Origin: Utricularia gibba
Taxonomy: Eukaryota; Plantae; Magnoliophyta
DNA: 64,000 nt
Direction: 5' to 3'
Assembly (NCBI GenBank): GCA_002189035.1
Contig: NEEC01000010.1
Location: forward strand, 3,100,001-3,164,000
Shown: positions 38,310 through 53,063 of the stretch, piece after piece
How positions within the stretch are numbered: the stretch's first letter is position 1
Layout: each line of letters opens with the position of its first letter
The notes under the pieces: model-generated
Database searches by the model: none
What the model saw: the letters and a program-made list of their open reading frames with translations, nothing else
Told to the model about the DNA's origin: nothing
Made by a program: the position numbers and the translations under genes

Positions 38310-39837
38310 ATGGCGGGGCAACTCGTTAGAGAATGGACGGCAATTCAGCAGTTTCCGGCTGCCACTCAGGAGAAATTGGTGGACTTGTTGGGGAAATTGA
38401 AGACGCAGGTGTAAATTTCACGACTTTTGCGAGTTCTTATGTATTAGGTTTAATGTGCCTGGTTGGTGATGATGCCTTTTCTTTTTTTCTGTGGCTATGT
38501 ATGTTTCAGAATGTTAACACATTAACCGTCCTGGTTATGGGAAAAGGTGGTGTTGGAAAATCATCTACTGTTAATTCTATCATCGGGGAACGGGTGGTCA
38601 CTGTCAGTGCTTTCCAGGTTTGTGATTAAGGTTTTGGGGTGAGACTTTCCCCCAGCTTCATTGATTTATATGTATGTGTTTTCATGTTTTCAGTCTGAAA
38701 CTCCAAGGCCGGTGATGGTTTCGCGGTCAAGAGCGGGTTTTACTCTGAACATCATTGACACCCCTGGACTTGTTGAAGGAGGTTATGTTAGTGACCGCAT
38801 TCTAGAGACAATAAAAAGGTAGAACTTATGTGGCTATGTTTTGACCATTAAACCTTTTGAACAATTCTGTTTCATTGGTTTTCAAAAGTCTGGCGACTGC
38901 TGAGAAAATGGGATGCGTTTTAATGTTATCATTCTGTTTGTAGGTTCCTTTTGGACAAGACAATAGATGTTCTGTTGTATGTAGATCGTTTGGATGTGTA
39001 CAGAGTAGATAACTTGGACAAACAAGTAGTGAAAGCCATTACAGATAGCTTTGGCAAGGAAATATGGCATAAGGCTACAGTTGTGTTGACTCATGCTCAG
39101 CTGTCGTCTCCGGATGCATTGAGTTATGACGAGTTCATTGCTAGGAGGTCGGAGTTGCTTCTGAAATGTGTCCGGCAAGGCGCTCGCATACATAGAAGGG
39201 ATGCTGAGGTATCCTTTTTCTCACATTTTTTAAACTTTTTTCCAGGACTAGCTTGTGTAAAATTTCACTTTCATTTCTCTGTATTTAACTTGTGCTGGTA
39301 TAGAAATATGCCATTCAAGTTGCTCTAGTCGAGAACAGTGGCAGATGCAGCAAGAACGAAAATGATGAAAAGGTCCATCTGATCTCCTTACCATTAAACC
39401 ATACATGATCATGCTCGCCGTGTACTTTTTAACATCTATCAAATTTGCAGATTCTTCCGAATGGCACTCCTTGGATCCCAAATTTGGTCGGCAAGATGAC
39501 GGCCATCGCCCTGAACGGAAAACCTGGCATTCTTGTCGACAAGAAGTTGATTGAAGGACCCAATTCCGATGAAAGGGGAAAAATATTTATCCCACTCATA
39601 CTAGCAATCCAAGTGAGTTTCAATGTTCCTTCTTCTCTCATAATAACCACCATACAGCTCTATTGAACCAGTGAACTGGCATGTCCACCGGATCAATGAA
39701 AAAGACCAGTTTCCTAAGAATATCATCTCACAAGTTTTTCTCCCATCCATTTTTTGCAGTATTTCTTCATCATGAAACCCATCCAGGGGTTTATCAAAGA
39801 AGATATCTCCAGAGAAAGTTCATCCGACTGGGATTAA
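38310..39837 (+). CDS. TOC34: Translocase of chloroplast 34 GTPase (TOC33/34)
   Basis: REWTAIQQFPAATQ; P-loop GKGGVGKSSTVNS; IIDTPGL; DVLLYVDRLD; VENSGRC; LPNGTPWIPNL; C-terminal TM. Confidence 0.96.
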
Positions 39838-40252
39838 ATCGGAATCCGGCTATCACTTTTCAAGTTTTGATATTTCTTTTCAGTTGAATGGCAGTCTTCA
39901 TCTTTTCTACTACCGTTATCTGTGGATCGGATCATTCTATCTCTGAGGTGTATCATGTTTCACAAGGCAATGGAATAGAAGAGATTTAATAACCACCAGC
40001 TCATTTGAATGACAAATTGTATGGCAGGAATAGGCTCACTAAACATACGTTGAGGCTTTCTCCTCCCTCTAAGCCAGCAAACTTGGGGCCAAGTTTGATA
40101 ATTTGAAAAATGTGAGGACTAGGGGACAAATGTGAAAAGGACTGAAAAAGTAAATATAGGTTTTCTTATTGTTGTCGCGGGAAAGTTATTTTTTGAACGG
40201 AAAATTGATTCTTTCACTGCAAGCTCCTCCGGAAAAACGGTCGTAATCAGAG

Positions 40253-43200
40253 ATGAGCGGCAAGGAAAACTCGCTTCCTTCGCCTGCTGATGGTGAATTG
40301 TCTGCGGAGCAGCGAGCTCGAATTTCGCAAAGTTTCAAAGCTGCGAAGGCTCTCTTCGATAGAAAGCGGCGGAGAATCGGGGCACATTCGGCCTTCAATC
40401 ATGCCAGCGATTCGAAGTAAGCGATTCTGATGAATTTTCAATCTAGAATCGGGGATGCATATGGTTTCTTTCCCTGTGATTTGGCGACCGGAGAAGAAAG
40501 GGTTTTATGTTGCATTATGAATTTTGTAGGTGCACATTTGGAGATGTGGAATCCACACATTGGGTTCAAAATGATCCAACAACGAGACTGCCATTATCCG
40601 AGATTCATACAAACTTATGTACCCAAGTTTCGACAAAATGTGTTTTGCTATCAAAGAATTTTGATGGCGGTATGAATTCAGTTGATAATGAAACAACTTC
40701 AGTCAATTCAGAAAACCCCTCTTTTAAACCCTGCTCGAGGCAGCCTGCTTGGGCTGATGATTTGGATGAGTCGATTTTTGAACAGATTGATGCTCTTTGT
40801 GAACAAGTATCATCTAAAAAGGGTGAAAAAGAAAATCGTGTTGTGAAGCGACTTGAAAATGTGAATATTGGTGCAAATGATTTTGAGGAGGCTGCCTTGA
40901 TTCCAGGTTTCAGCACAATTAGTGAAACAAGAATTTTCAGTGACTCAGTAATGGCGAAAGAAATGCCTGATGAATATGCAAAGTACATTAACTCTCTGAG
41001 TGATCGGCAGCGAGAAGCAGCTTGTTACGATATTTCAATTCCTTTGATGATTGTTGCTGGTCCGGGGAGTGGGAAGGTTTGTTCGTAAAATCGGTTTTAA
41101 CTGGAGATTCTCTCTCTCTTTGTTTCTGATATCTAATTTTCAACTCGCAGACATCTACAATGGTCGGACGTGTTTTGATGCTTTTGAATGAGGTAAGTTC
41201 AAACTGATGTTAAATGATTTGTTGGTGTACATTTTATCAACGTTTCTGATTTCAGGGTATTGATCCAACCAATATATTGGCCATGACATTCACAACAGCT
41301 GCAACAGCTGAAATGCGTGAGAGGATAGGGAAAATTGCTGGGAATCAAACTGCAAAGCAGCTTGTAGTTAGCACTTTCCATTCCTTTTCTTTGCAACTGT
41401 GTCGAATGCATGCAGAAAAGTAAGTGCAGGCCGAACCCCGCAGTATCAATTTCCCTTTTTGGTTTTGATTCCCCTTTCTCGTGCATTCCCTGTATTTAAG
41501 ATATTTGTCTATGAGGCTCACCATTTTTTTCAGAGACTAACTAAGAAATATTTTTGTTATTCAGTCATTTTAATACACATGATTGAGGGAATGCGTGTTC
41601 ATCAGAACTCTGACTTTTTACCCAATCCAACAGGTTGGGAAGAACGACCGATTTCCTGATATATGGGCATGGACAGCAGAGAAAAGCTGTCGTTGAAGCT
41701 ATCCGTTTAATGGAGGAAGGGAGGAGAAATGCAGAGAGTGAAATTTGTGGCCCTAAACATGCTATCGAGTTCAAATCTCCGAAACAATTTAAAGACCAAT
41801 CAAAGAAATGGTTGAAGTCTGTGGTGCAGGTAATTGTTCATTATTAGATTTCATGCTTGTGTTAGAGAAATTAAACTGTCAATCTTCTGTAAGAAGGGTT
41901 CTCGGGAATTGGATACTCAGGGTTGAGTCAAATTGTTTTCTCACATATACCTGATAATTAGGCCAAAGCTGCTGGAAGTGAGCCTGAACAGTTTTACAAA
42001 ATAGGCAATGAAACAGGAGTAAGCTACTGCAAATATTTCTCTTCATTATTATTTTCCTTCTTTGCTGTATTCAACATCCCTAGCCTTTTGGGGACTGCAG
42101 GCAATTATTCTTAAAAACTACAATGACATATTAAAATCGTGCAACGCTTTGGATTACCATGATTTGATCAGTTGCTCTGTGAAGTTACTTACAGACTTTC
42201 CAGAAGGTTATACAAAATATATTACTGCATATTTTGAGTCGAATTTTTTAGTTAATCTAATCTATACTTTCCATTTAAGTGTACGATATGTGCCAAGAAG
42301 CTTGGAAAGCCATCATTATTGATGAGTTCCAAGACACAAGTGCCATGCAGTATAGCCTTCTAAAAATTCTTGCATCCCATAAGCGAATAACCATTATTGG
42401 CGATGAAGATCAGGTGACTTTCACTCTTCACAAGTTTCAATCCTTGAATTTCAGACCTAAACTTTCTAGATATTTCCACACCCATGGACTATCTTGCAGT
42501 CAATTTTCAGTTTTAATGGTGCTGATGCTTGCGGATTTGATTCTTTTAGAAAAGATTTTCATATACACAAAGAGGTGAGGCTAGGTATTTTTTTCTTACC
42601 GTATCTTGAAAATAAGACATACTTCATCGGGCGTTGACCATGCTTCTTGGTACCACTCGTATAGGTCAGGCTAAATAAGAACTACCGGTCCACAGGCTGC
42701 ATCACTGAGGCTGCTTCAGTACTTATAGAACATAATTTAAGAAGGTGCAATAGAAGGGATGTTATGAATGACAATTTTCCTGGATCAAAGGTATAATTGA
42801 GTGGCATAGATATATACCGCTCCCAGGAAATGAGTGATTATGTTTGTTTACATTTGATCAGATAACTGTTAAAGAATGCTGCAGTGAAGAAGCACAGTGT
42901 GCATTCGTGGTTGACAAAATATTGGAAATTGCATCAGATTGTTCTTCTGCTAAGTCCTATAACAAAATTGCTGTTCTCTTCCGGAGGCAGGTTAAGTTAA
43001 TACTTTCCTATATTCAGATCAATAAAAATGTGCAAATTGTAAATGGTAGCGTGCATGGAGGTTAACCTCATTTTTCTGATTTCCTATCTGACAGTTGACT
43101 GGGAGAATATTTCAAACTGCTTTCCGGAATAGAAAAATTCCGTTTAACATTCATGGTGTCGCTTTCTATCGGAAAAAGGTAATGGACCTTGGTGTCAGTT

Positions 43201-46200
43201 GTGTTTAACTTGTTTATTTATAAGGTTGCTTCTTAAACCAACCTTGATGATTGATCAAGGTCACCACTTTCTAGTTGAATTTTTTGAGAATGTGCTAATT
43301 CATCTTATTTTCCTTTACATGCTTAAATGAACACCCATACTTCCTATTTTTATTCATCTAGGTTGTCCGAGCAATTATCAGCATGCTGAACACTGCATTT
43401 CCTGGCTGTGACGATAGCCCATTTCGCCGTGCATTCAAGGCTTTAATGCTGTGTGATAAAGAGGAGAAGAAGAAGGTACTTAGTATGCAGATTTCTAGCA
43501 TTCCCGTTGAATGATTTATCATCCATATTCATATCATGTTCCATTTCTTTATTTAGGTAATTCAGCACATTGACAAGGTTTCAACTGTAAGGAAATGCAG
43601 TTTTATTGCAGCTGCACGTGACATTTTTAATGCCAAAATATCTGGAACCTTTACAAGGCCAGTTTCTGAAATAATTATTCTTCTTTTTCCTCAATTAATC
43701 AGAAACTTAGTGTATCGGGTTGTACCAAGCATTTGAATGACCATCACGATGGTTATATTACAGGAGTCAACTAACACAAGGGCGTAAGGTGTTGCAGACA
43801 TTAGACACGATATTCAATCTCGTTCATAAGGTATCTCAGCTTTCACTAACTTGATTTTTTGGGTCTAAACACCCCTTGATATTTTTCTCAATGTCATTCT
43901 TCTTAGAGATCCTATTTGATCTCACAAATGACTTGAAGTTTACGGATTTTCTTCCACTCCTTCCATGTGTAATGTACAGATTTTTATCTGAATCATGCAT
44001 GCAGGAACATTCAATATCAACGGTTATCACAGCTGTTGCAAATATATTACCTCAGGTTGATGTTCTATGCATTCACCTCCCTTATTCCATTCAGCAGTTT
44101 ATATCGTTATACCAACTAACCTGAATAGGGTGGATGCATCCTTGACCATCTCTGGATCTGATGATATGCAGAAATACCTCCTTGATCAAAGAGCAGTTGT
44201 TGATGTTGATGAAGGGAAAATGTTGAACGAAGACAATGATCTCCGATCCGTAAGAACAGATTTGTGATCTTCATATGTCAAAATTCTGTTTTTGGTCTCG
44301 TAGTTTATGAAACTGCTGCATTTTTTTTTCCTGGTATGGATAACACAAGGTCGCTTCTTCTATTGGCTCATGGAAACTAAATACTCTTTCCTCAAATTTG
44401 CAGGTATTGGAGTATCTGTTGGATGATGTATCATTGTTTTTGACAACAGTACTCAACAACAATGCAGAATACAGCAATGATGACACTCCCGAAATAAAGG
44501 GCTGTGCAGTGAATCTTAAGGCTTTCCTTGACTACCTTTCTGGACGAGAGAAAGAGAATTTTCGTTTAAGAAAATGTGATAATGAGAATTCTGTCACTCT
44601 TACTACAATCCATCAGGTTCGATATTGTACCATGAAAATGTGATCTATAGTCGCCTTATGCCGAGCCCTCGACTCGTCATCATCTCTCATCTTTTGTTTC
44701 CTTAACTTTGTTTTGCAGTCAAAAGGTTTAGAGTGGGATACAGTTTTCATTGTGAAGGTAAAAATTTGGCATCGGCTTTCTGATCCCATGTGATTGCAGT
44801 CAGTGACATTTTCTGGTTTAATCTTCAATGATTAGGCTAATGAAGCTGAGATTCCCTTGTTACATGAAAACAATGGCATGTTGAAAGACACCGGAGCCTC
44901 AATTGAGGTGGCTTATGCTCAGTTGAACTGTTCCCTGTTCCCTGAATTTTTGTACCATCTGCTCTCTAACAAACTGCACCTGTAACCAGGAAGAGAGGCG
45001 CCTGTTTTATGTGGCGATGACCCGTGCTCGTACAAAACTTTACATCCTGTATGCTATCATGGATTCCAGTTGGCAGGTACAACTACTTAGTGGGGTTTCA
45101 GCCATGCCTTCCGTTCTTCCGTTTATAAGCATCATGTTCCTCAGATTCTTCGACCTTCAAGGTTCCTTCGAGAAATCCCACGTCGATTACTTGAGGTAGA
45201 GGTAACACGTTTGCTCTCCTAAGAACCATGAGCTCAATATTATCTCCCACCCTGCTCACATTCTGTGTGGTTCGACCGGAAATGAAGTGAACTAACCTCT
45301 GTCACCATCTTTGTAGGAAGATGCTGTTTCATTTAATTCAGATGTAACTCATCCGAAGATAGAAGAGGCACCTGTTGAAATTCCTCCCGGAGACTTCCCG
45401 GATATCCAGGTGGTGCAGCACGGTTCAACAGACGGAACACCGAATGGAGCTCAGGAGAAGGCCATTGAAGCTGAGCCATTTTCATCCAGCACCTTTTTGA
45501 AAAGGTTGTTTAACAACACCCGCATCGTTATCTACTCAGACGAATGGCTAATTAACTCCCTTTCCTGATAAATCAATGCAGGTTTGATGCTGATCAACGA
45601 GCTGTGGTTTCTCATATCTTCCATCAATGGGCCAAGAAACCCGCTTTCCATGATCCCAAGAGATTACTGAATAAGGTAACCTGCAGCATACCCTGGTGAT
45701 CTTTTCCTTGATATAAGCATTTTCTTAGCGATCAGCCGCAGGTCGGTTTTGTCATTGACGAGCGGTTACGAGCTAACAGATGCACGCACAAGGTCTGTCG
45801 TGGTTTTCTTTTTCAACTCATCATTTTGCATCCACTCCTGGATCCGAAAGCCTTTTCCTCCGCATTCTCCAGGACGTTCTAAGAGAGCTCAAGTCATGCT
45901 TGCAGCGCGACGATGCCTACGACTTCGCCGTATCCGTAAGTCCGATGAGGCCAGAATTCGCCGTATCCGGTAACCGTAACCTCTTCTTCCATCATCTGCT
46001 CCTTTAGGTTCTCAGATGGCAGCAGCTTCCCGCCGACACGCGTGCTCTTCTAACGAGACAGAAACAGGTAACTGCTGCTACTTATTCACGAAGGACGCTT
46101 CGATCAAGAGCAACAATTTCCCTTGTTTTGCACCAGGGACACTTTCAAAAGCTGAGAATCGAGACTGCCATGGGCTCATCGGAACCCACTCACAAGCAGG

Positions 46201-46400
46201 TTCGCTGCAAATGCGTTTGATTTTAAAATTAAAATCGATCAGATTCATGAGTGATCGAATCTGATCTCTCGAGGAAGACGACCAATTTTCTTTGATGTGG
46301 GGAATTGCAGGTGGCGTACTTGCAGAGCTTGGGATGCACCATAATTCCATCGTCTCGCCTCCACGCCTCCAAGTTGATCGAGGAGTACAAATCTCTATGA
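40253..46400 (+). CDS. SRS2: SRS2-like UvrD/REP ATP-dependent DNA helicase
   Basis: [16 protein letters not shown]; AGPGSGKTSTMVGR; AMTFTTAAT; DEFQDTS; [12 protein letters not shown]; [14 protein letters not shown]; C-terminus [29 protein letters not shown]. Confidence 0.93.
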
Positions 46401-46819
46401 ATCATAATTTATGTATATGTATTTAAAATTAAAATTATTATTGATTTATAAATATATTTAAAATAATATTTGATTAAAAAAAATAAGAAATGAGCCCATT
46501 CAATTTTCAGGTTTGGGCCTTGGTCGGCATGGTTTCCTTCCCTTCCATTTCTGTCTTCCGCTTCGCAATTAATTAGCGGACAAATATAGACATGGATGTA
46601 AATTGGGAATGAATTGAATCTTTATATCCCAACTGTTACTAAATCGTTGACCCCCCCAACCCCCGCCCCTCGGTTTATTCAAGCGGCCTGTTTCCCCGAG
46701 GTTTGTGTGAAAAAATCGATCGGGCTCCGCTGTTTATGCATTCCGGTCCATCTGATTCGCTGCCGCAACCGCTTGCTGATCAGGAGTTCTATGAATTGAT
46801 CAATCGGTGATCAGGAAGG

Positions 46820-49800
46820 ATGCCAGGCATTCCTCTTGTAGCTCATGAAGCTGTGTAAGTCCTTATTTCTCTCTCGTTTTTTTTTACCGTCTTTTCTACG
46901 GGTGTGTGCAGGTGGATTTCTAAGAATTCATTTTTGGTTTCCAATTTTGCGTGGGCATCCTGCATTCGAGTTTTAATTTTCGATGCCTAGCACATTGCAT
47001 TGTGTATTGAGCTTAAAGTGGCTATTTTGAATGCTGAATTAACGGGTCACGTATTCCTGAGTAGCATTTTGTCAGTTGGTTGTTATTCTTGTGTAAATAC
47101 TGTGGTGGCAGTGATTTTGGTGACTGCACTGGAAAGTTGAAAATTTCGATGTTGATATGGTTGCTGGGACAGGAGTTACACCTGCAACTGCAGCTACTCT
47201 AGAGGGGCGGATCATATGTGTTGCCAAGATCATCGTACGCATTTGTCGGCAGAAGAGAAAATTGCCGCAGAAGAGAGCCTTGCAATTTACTGCAAGCCGG
47301 TTGAGCTGTACAATATTCTTCAACGTCGTGCTGTTGGAAGTGTAAGTTTGTAATTGTTTAGGTTCTGTAATAAAGCGTGCTCCATGTATAGGGTAAGATC
47401 TGTTGATCTGTGCGTTTACCCATCGTAAATATATGCCGAAGGAGATGGGCATTGGCTTTGAAGATTTGAATGGCGCAGATTGTATCACCTATTCGTCCTG
47501 AATTTATCGTATCATAGGTCTCTAATGTGTTCCTGTCCTTTTTGCGTTCCAATCCAGCCATACCTGCTTCAGAGATGCCTACTATACAAAATAGAAGCCA
47601 AAAACAAGAAAAGGTTTTTGTCCTTCCTGTGATATTTATTTTTCCTTTTACTAGCATTCTCTGCAATGGTATTATGCTGCCTATTATACCATATCTCTGA
47701 AATATTAAACGTATGCCTATTTATTTCTACAATCAGAATCGAAATGGCAGTTGCATTACCTTCAACCATGAATGATTCATCCCGAATTCAAGGTCTATTT
47801 CCCTTGTGCATAGTACTGGCAAGACCATTTTACAGTCCTGCAGGTGTCGAGGTGGTATAAGATATTTCTTTTTCCTGCTTCATATACCTTGTCTTATTCC
47901 ATTTATTCTTTATTTTACAATGGGGCAGGATTTCACGGTCTATCAATTCAGACGAGAATGCATATTAACAAACCCTACTAGCGATGATAGAACACATCAA
48001 CATCCAGCAAAATTTATACTACCTTCCATTCATGGGCTATCTGCAGAAGTAAAATCTGGTTCTCTTTCGATATTGTTTGTCAGCTGTGGTATGTCTTACC
48101 AGCTTTCTACTAGATATTCTCTGAGCATATTTTTGTTCCAAGATGTTTGATGTACCTCTTACGTTATTTGTTTTTCCTTTTTGTTCAGCTGAGTTATTCA
48201 GGGACCGTGTGGATTTATCACTGTTTCCTGGTGAGTCATTGCGTCACACTGAACTTTATCTCTTTTCAATGAAATTAGACCTCGCTTGTGAAAATTTGGT
48301 ATACAATCCAAAGAACGGCGTCTGACTTATCTTCTCACACTTTTCTGCCCTTAATTGAAGTAACATTTGTATTAAGAAAAACTTCACATCATCGATAAAA
48401 GTTTGCTTCTATAAAGCTGGAGCTAATGTGTCGATCATTTTAATCAATAATATTGTCCGCCTGCAGAACACTCCAAGTTCAATAATCTACTTTCCATTGT
48501 TGTGTTTTCTTATAACATTTTCATAGTAGGTTAATTATGTTTCTGTACAACAGAAAATGCTGGAGGTCCTTGTTTTATGGGCAAACTTCCAATGGAGTTG
48601 CTTCGTTTGTCTTGGGAAAAATCCCACAATTTGAGTTATGGTGGGAGAGCTGAGATGCTCTCAACTGTGGATCTGCGTCCCTCTTTACTGAAGGTGAGCC
48701 TGCGAAATAGTTATATGTTCTATTTGATTAATTGTAATTGTCTTCCCTTTGTGTGACTACTTGCATAAGCTAGAAAAAACTTTGCTTTTATTCGTGTACT
48801 GCAAAAATTAAGAAGTCAAACTTCGAGTCTCTTCTTTGTTTTCATGTGATGACAACCTCAGAATTTACTGAAGTGCTTTTGGATCGCATTGATGGATTCA
48901 TTCACGTACTTGACCAAGCTTATCTTTGCAGACAGGCTATTTTGGTGAAGATAAATGTTTTTCATTTCATGGTCTTCAATCTGGACTTGTGGTATAGTGT
49001 GTTGTCTTCTTCCTCTGATTATGATTCATATTGCAATTAGTTTTTTTTTGCATCTACATTCTTCCCTCATTCAGCTTCCCCTTTTTTATGTTTTACTTTG
49101 CTGAAGGGCCTTCAACAACTTCAAGTGCGTATTGCAGCTGAAGAACTTGGGGCTAAAGAGAGATCCCCTTATGATTCTTTTTCGTATAATGGCATACCTT
49201 CTAGTGTGTCGCAGCATATTGTCAGGTCTTCATCTAATGCACTGCCACATTCATTTTCCCGTCCTGTAGTCTTAAAGCATGTCATATGAAACACAGGCAT
49301 TGGCATACCTTCTCAAGGCAAAATCTGTGCATGAAAATTTTAAATATATGAACTCTCAGGATTCTGGAAATTCACTGTTCTCTTTTTTCCTGTCTAGGTT
49401 GAGAAATGGGAATGTTATTTTCAATTACAAGTATTATAATGATAAGTTGCAGAGAACTGAAGGTACAGTTATGTCTGCTGCTGCGAATCTGATCTCAGGA
49501 TCTGAGGGCATTTTAAGACATATTTTCCTATTTAGTTTGTGATATCTCACGGTTCAGTAGGAAGGGATTTTCCTCTTAATTTTTCAAAGTTGTGACGCTT
49601 GACGCATTCCTATAAATGCAGTGACAGAGGACTTCACATGCCCCTTTTGTTTGGTTAAATGTGCAAGTTTCAAGGTATTCTAGAATCTGCATCAGTTTAT
49701 TAAGTTGTGTTTGCTATGTGCTGGGAAATTTATGAAGTTATATTCATCAGGTGAATTAATGCTTGCCATTTTTCATTGACAGGGACTTAGATGCCACCTA

Positions 49801-52011
49801 CCATCCTTTCATGACCTGTTTAACTTTGAATTCTGGGTTGGTGTCTACATTTTCGTGATATATTTATAGCAATTGAATTCCTCATTCCCAATATTATCAT
49901 ATGCAGGTAAATGAAGAATTTCAAGCCGTCAATGTTTCTGTAAAAAGTGATATATGGAGATCTGAGGTTCGGCACAGTTTTTTAAAGACCCTCAAGTATT
50001 TTGTTGTTTCTTCTATGTAATTGTTACCAGGAAGTAACAGCGTTGATCTGAGTACAGTATTATATGTCCTATTCATATTTTTCTTATTGTTTGCTTTCAT
50101 AGTTAGTGGTTTATATTTCAGAAAATAACAATGTTTGAAATTTTTTTTCTTTTTTTTTTCAGGTTGTTTCTCCTGGCATTGATCCTAAGCAGCAAACTTT
50201 TTCTTTTTGGTAAGAATGTTCACGCATCTGTATACTTTCTCCTGGGAAACTCACTTTTTCTATGGAATTGTCTTGGTTTATCAAGTACAAAGGCATCACG
50301 GCGCAGAAAACCTAAGCAAAATCAGAAATCAAAGCATGTTCATCCTCTTGTTTTTTACTCAGATCTGCCTGGATCTATCGATGATATTCGAGAAAAGACA
50401 GATGGTTAGTTAAACATGCCACTATTATCTGCCTCTCCCACTATTCTTTTTAAGTTAAAAAGATGATGGATTGATTTCATGTTTCTTGGACACCAAATAT
50501 CTTGGATTTTTCTGGGTTAGTGTATGGTATTAGATTTCAGCCTTGAAAACAGTTAATCTGAGATTCTGACATAATGTGGCCGTGTATGTACGCCGTATAG
50601 TGGCCTATGTTCGAATTAGGTCTCTATGGGCAATGTTATGCTGGGGCAAGCAGCGTTTAATCTTTTGTGTGTACAACAGAGATTCGGGATGGGGATGCTT
50701 CTAGTCCCAGAATTTCATCTGCCACAGCTCATTCATATGCAGACCCTGATTGCATTCAGTCAATGACTGAGAGCAATCTTGCTCCTCCAACTTTATTACA
50801 GTTTGCAAAAACAAGGAAATTATCAGCCGAACGCACCGACCCAAGAAGGTGAGTTCAATTTTTAAATATGACAATTCATGTTGTTGATGAATATTAGAGC
50901 CTCTTTCCATTATAAAATTCGCATGCTAACATTAATGCCCAAAAGAATCTACTTTTTTATTAGATGAATGATTTGGAATTTTGTTGGTTCCAGTCGTGCA
51001 CTTCTGCTGAAGAGGCAATTCTTTCACTCGCATAAGGCTCAAGTGAGTGGTTAAACAATATGGCATGTCCGCCTACACATGCAGTTATTTGATTCGTCAT
51101 TTTTTTGCTTTTATTGAACTATTTTCAAGAATCCAAAACTTGTGTAATTTTCTTGATGTGGTTATCATTTTTTAACTCTATGTCTGCCCCTTTTATTTTG
51201 TAAGTTGTATATTGCTGTATTGCCTAACCTCTGAGCATGCATTTTACACTCTCGTCTCATTGCATTTTGTACAGCCCATGGCCCCAGAGCAAGTCATGTC
51301 AGATCGTGATAGCGAGGATGAATTTGATGATGATGTCGCAGATCTGGAAGATAGAAGGGTGTGAGCTCTATTCTAAATGCATTTTTTCCTTTTTTCCTTG
51401 TATTCTGTTTTCTTCTGACATTAATTAGTATTCTGATATCCATTTGGCCTTCCTGCCATTCCTCACTGTCTACTCTTTATGTACTGGATACCGCAGATGC
51501 TTGATGACTTTGTGGACGTCACAAAAGATGAGAAACGGCTAATGCATCTTTGGAACTCGTTTGTGAGGAAACAAAGGTGAGAAACTTTGTCAATCCACTA
51601 CACTTTGTGGGATCATCGAATAAGCTGCTAGCTGTTCCACCCCGAATGACAGGGTACTGGCGGATGGCCACATTCCCTGGGCTTGCGAGGCTTTTTCGAA
51701 ATTGCATGGGCAGGATCTTGTTCGAACACCGGCTTTACTCTGGTAACTTGTCTACTTGAATGATTCGTGGATGCGTTTCTACCCATATCTTGCTTCTGTT
51801 TTCAGCATGTGTGTTCGGCCATGCACAGTTTCCATGCTCCCTGAAATAACCCTGTCCCTGTCTCTGTTTGGGGATGCATCTTTACAGGTGCTGGAGATTG
51901 TTCATGATAAAACTCTGGAACCACGGCCTCCTGGATGCTCGCGCCATGAACAACTGTAACCTGACTATTGAACAGATTGAAAGGCAACAGGGAGGAGGTG
52001 GAGACTCCTGA
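46820..52011 (+). CDS. EMF2: Polycomb Su(z)12 homolog EMBRYONIC FLOWER 2
   Basis: MPGIPLVAHE; AAEESLAIYCKPVELYNILQRRA; C2H2 finger TEDFTCPFCLVKCASFK; VEFS box [55 protein letters not shown]. Confidence 0.96.
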
Positions 52012-52479
52012 AAACCACATGGTTTTCTCCCTTAACTGCATATAATCTGATCTTTCTGGTGTTCCTTGGAAACCCCTTTCCCCATTCTCTCCCTGTTCAC
52101 TCACTAATCTATTTCTGAACCTCCCTCCATGTTCAGGTTCTTGCATTAGTAATGAATTTGAGAGCACACCCACCAGAGGATTCAGTGTGTGAAAACAACC
52201 TTAAACACATCAAATGAATGATGCACCCTGCCCTGTCTACTTGCTGCTATTACAATTCCTTTCAAAGTTGGCTTTCAAAGTAGATGTGAAGTGTGATAGA
52301 TGATTTATATACAATGGGCCGCGGTGAAGACTGTACAGGGCCCAATATGTAAGCCCAAAAGGAAACCAAGCCTGCTTTACTTACAAGAGTGATGAGACGG
52401 CAGGTCCCCTTGCCCCACGTATTCAAAGCATTCTTACGACCGACCATTCGATTTCATCTTCCAACGGCGGCGCCGGGGC

Positions 52480-53063
52480 TCAGCTCTCAACTTCCGGCTC
52501 CGAAGGCGATCGGCTCTTCTTCCTCCTCGGCGAGGCGCTCAAGGTCGTCGCTGCGGCCTCCGGTGACCGCCTTTTGGCTGTGATACGAACTGGATCCGGA
52601 TCATCCGACCCGACTCTGTGGGGAAAATTGAGCAAAGCTTTGGATCCTCGCATTCTGTAGGCCGCCCTGTCGTACGCCCAAGCCGCTTCCTCGGCGGTTT
52701 CGTAAGTCCCGAGCCACACTCTGGCCCCGTTCTTAGCCGGATCTCGTATCTCCGCAGCGAATTTCCCCAAGGCCGCTGCCTCACTCCTCTGTAATGCTTC
52801 CCCTTCGACGGGGGAGATTCTTGACTTTCCGTAGCCGCGGCGGCAGCATTCAGTTCGGGCTCCGATTTGACGTCTCCGAACGGCGACCATCCGCCGTTGA
52901 CTGCGTCGCGGAGGATTCCGTAAATCACCATATCCTCCGAATCGTCGACCTTCAGAGGTAAATCTCCCCAACCGTCCGTCAAGCAGGGGATCAGATTGAA
53001 GCTTGCGCTCCGGCAGTACACCTGCGGCTTGGGTTCCGCCGGGGGTAGTTGTGTCAGACTCAT
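52480..53063 (-). CDS. Group IXa ERF transcription factor (Pti4/ERF1A/ERF2-like); apparent 1-bp frameshift inside AP2 domain at about 52765
   Basis: [20 protein letters not shown] motif and [12 protein letters not shown] in one frame; [47 protein letters not shown] in the adjacent frame. Start could also be 53132. Confidence 0.93.
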
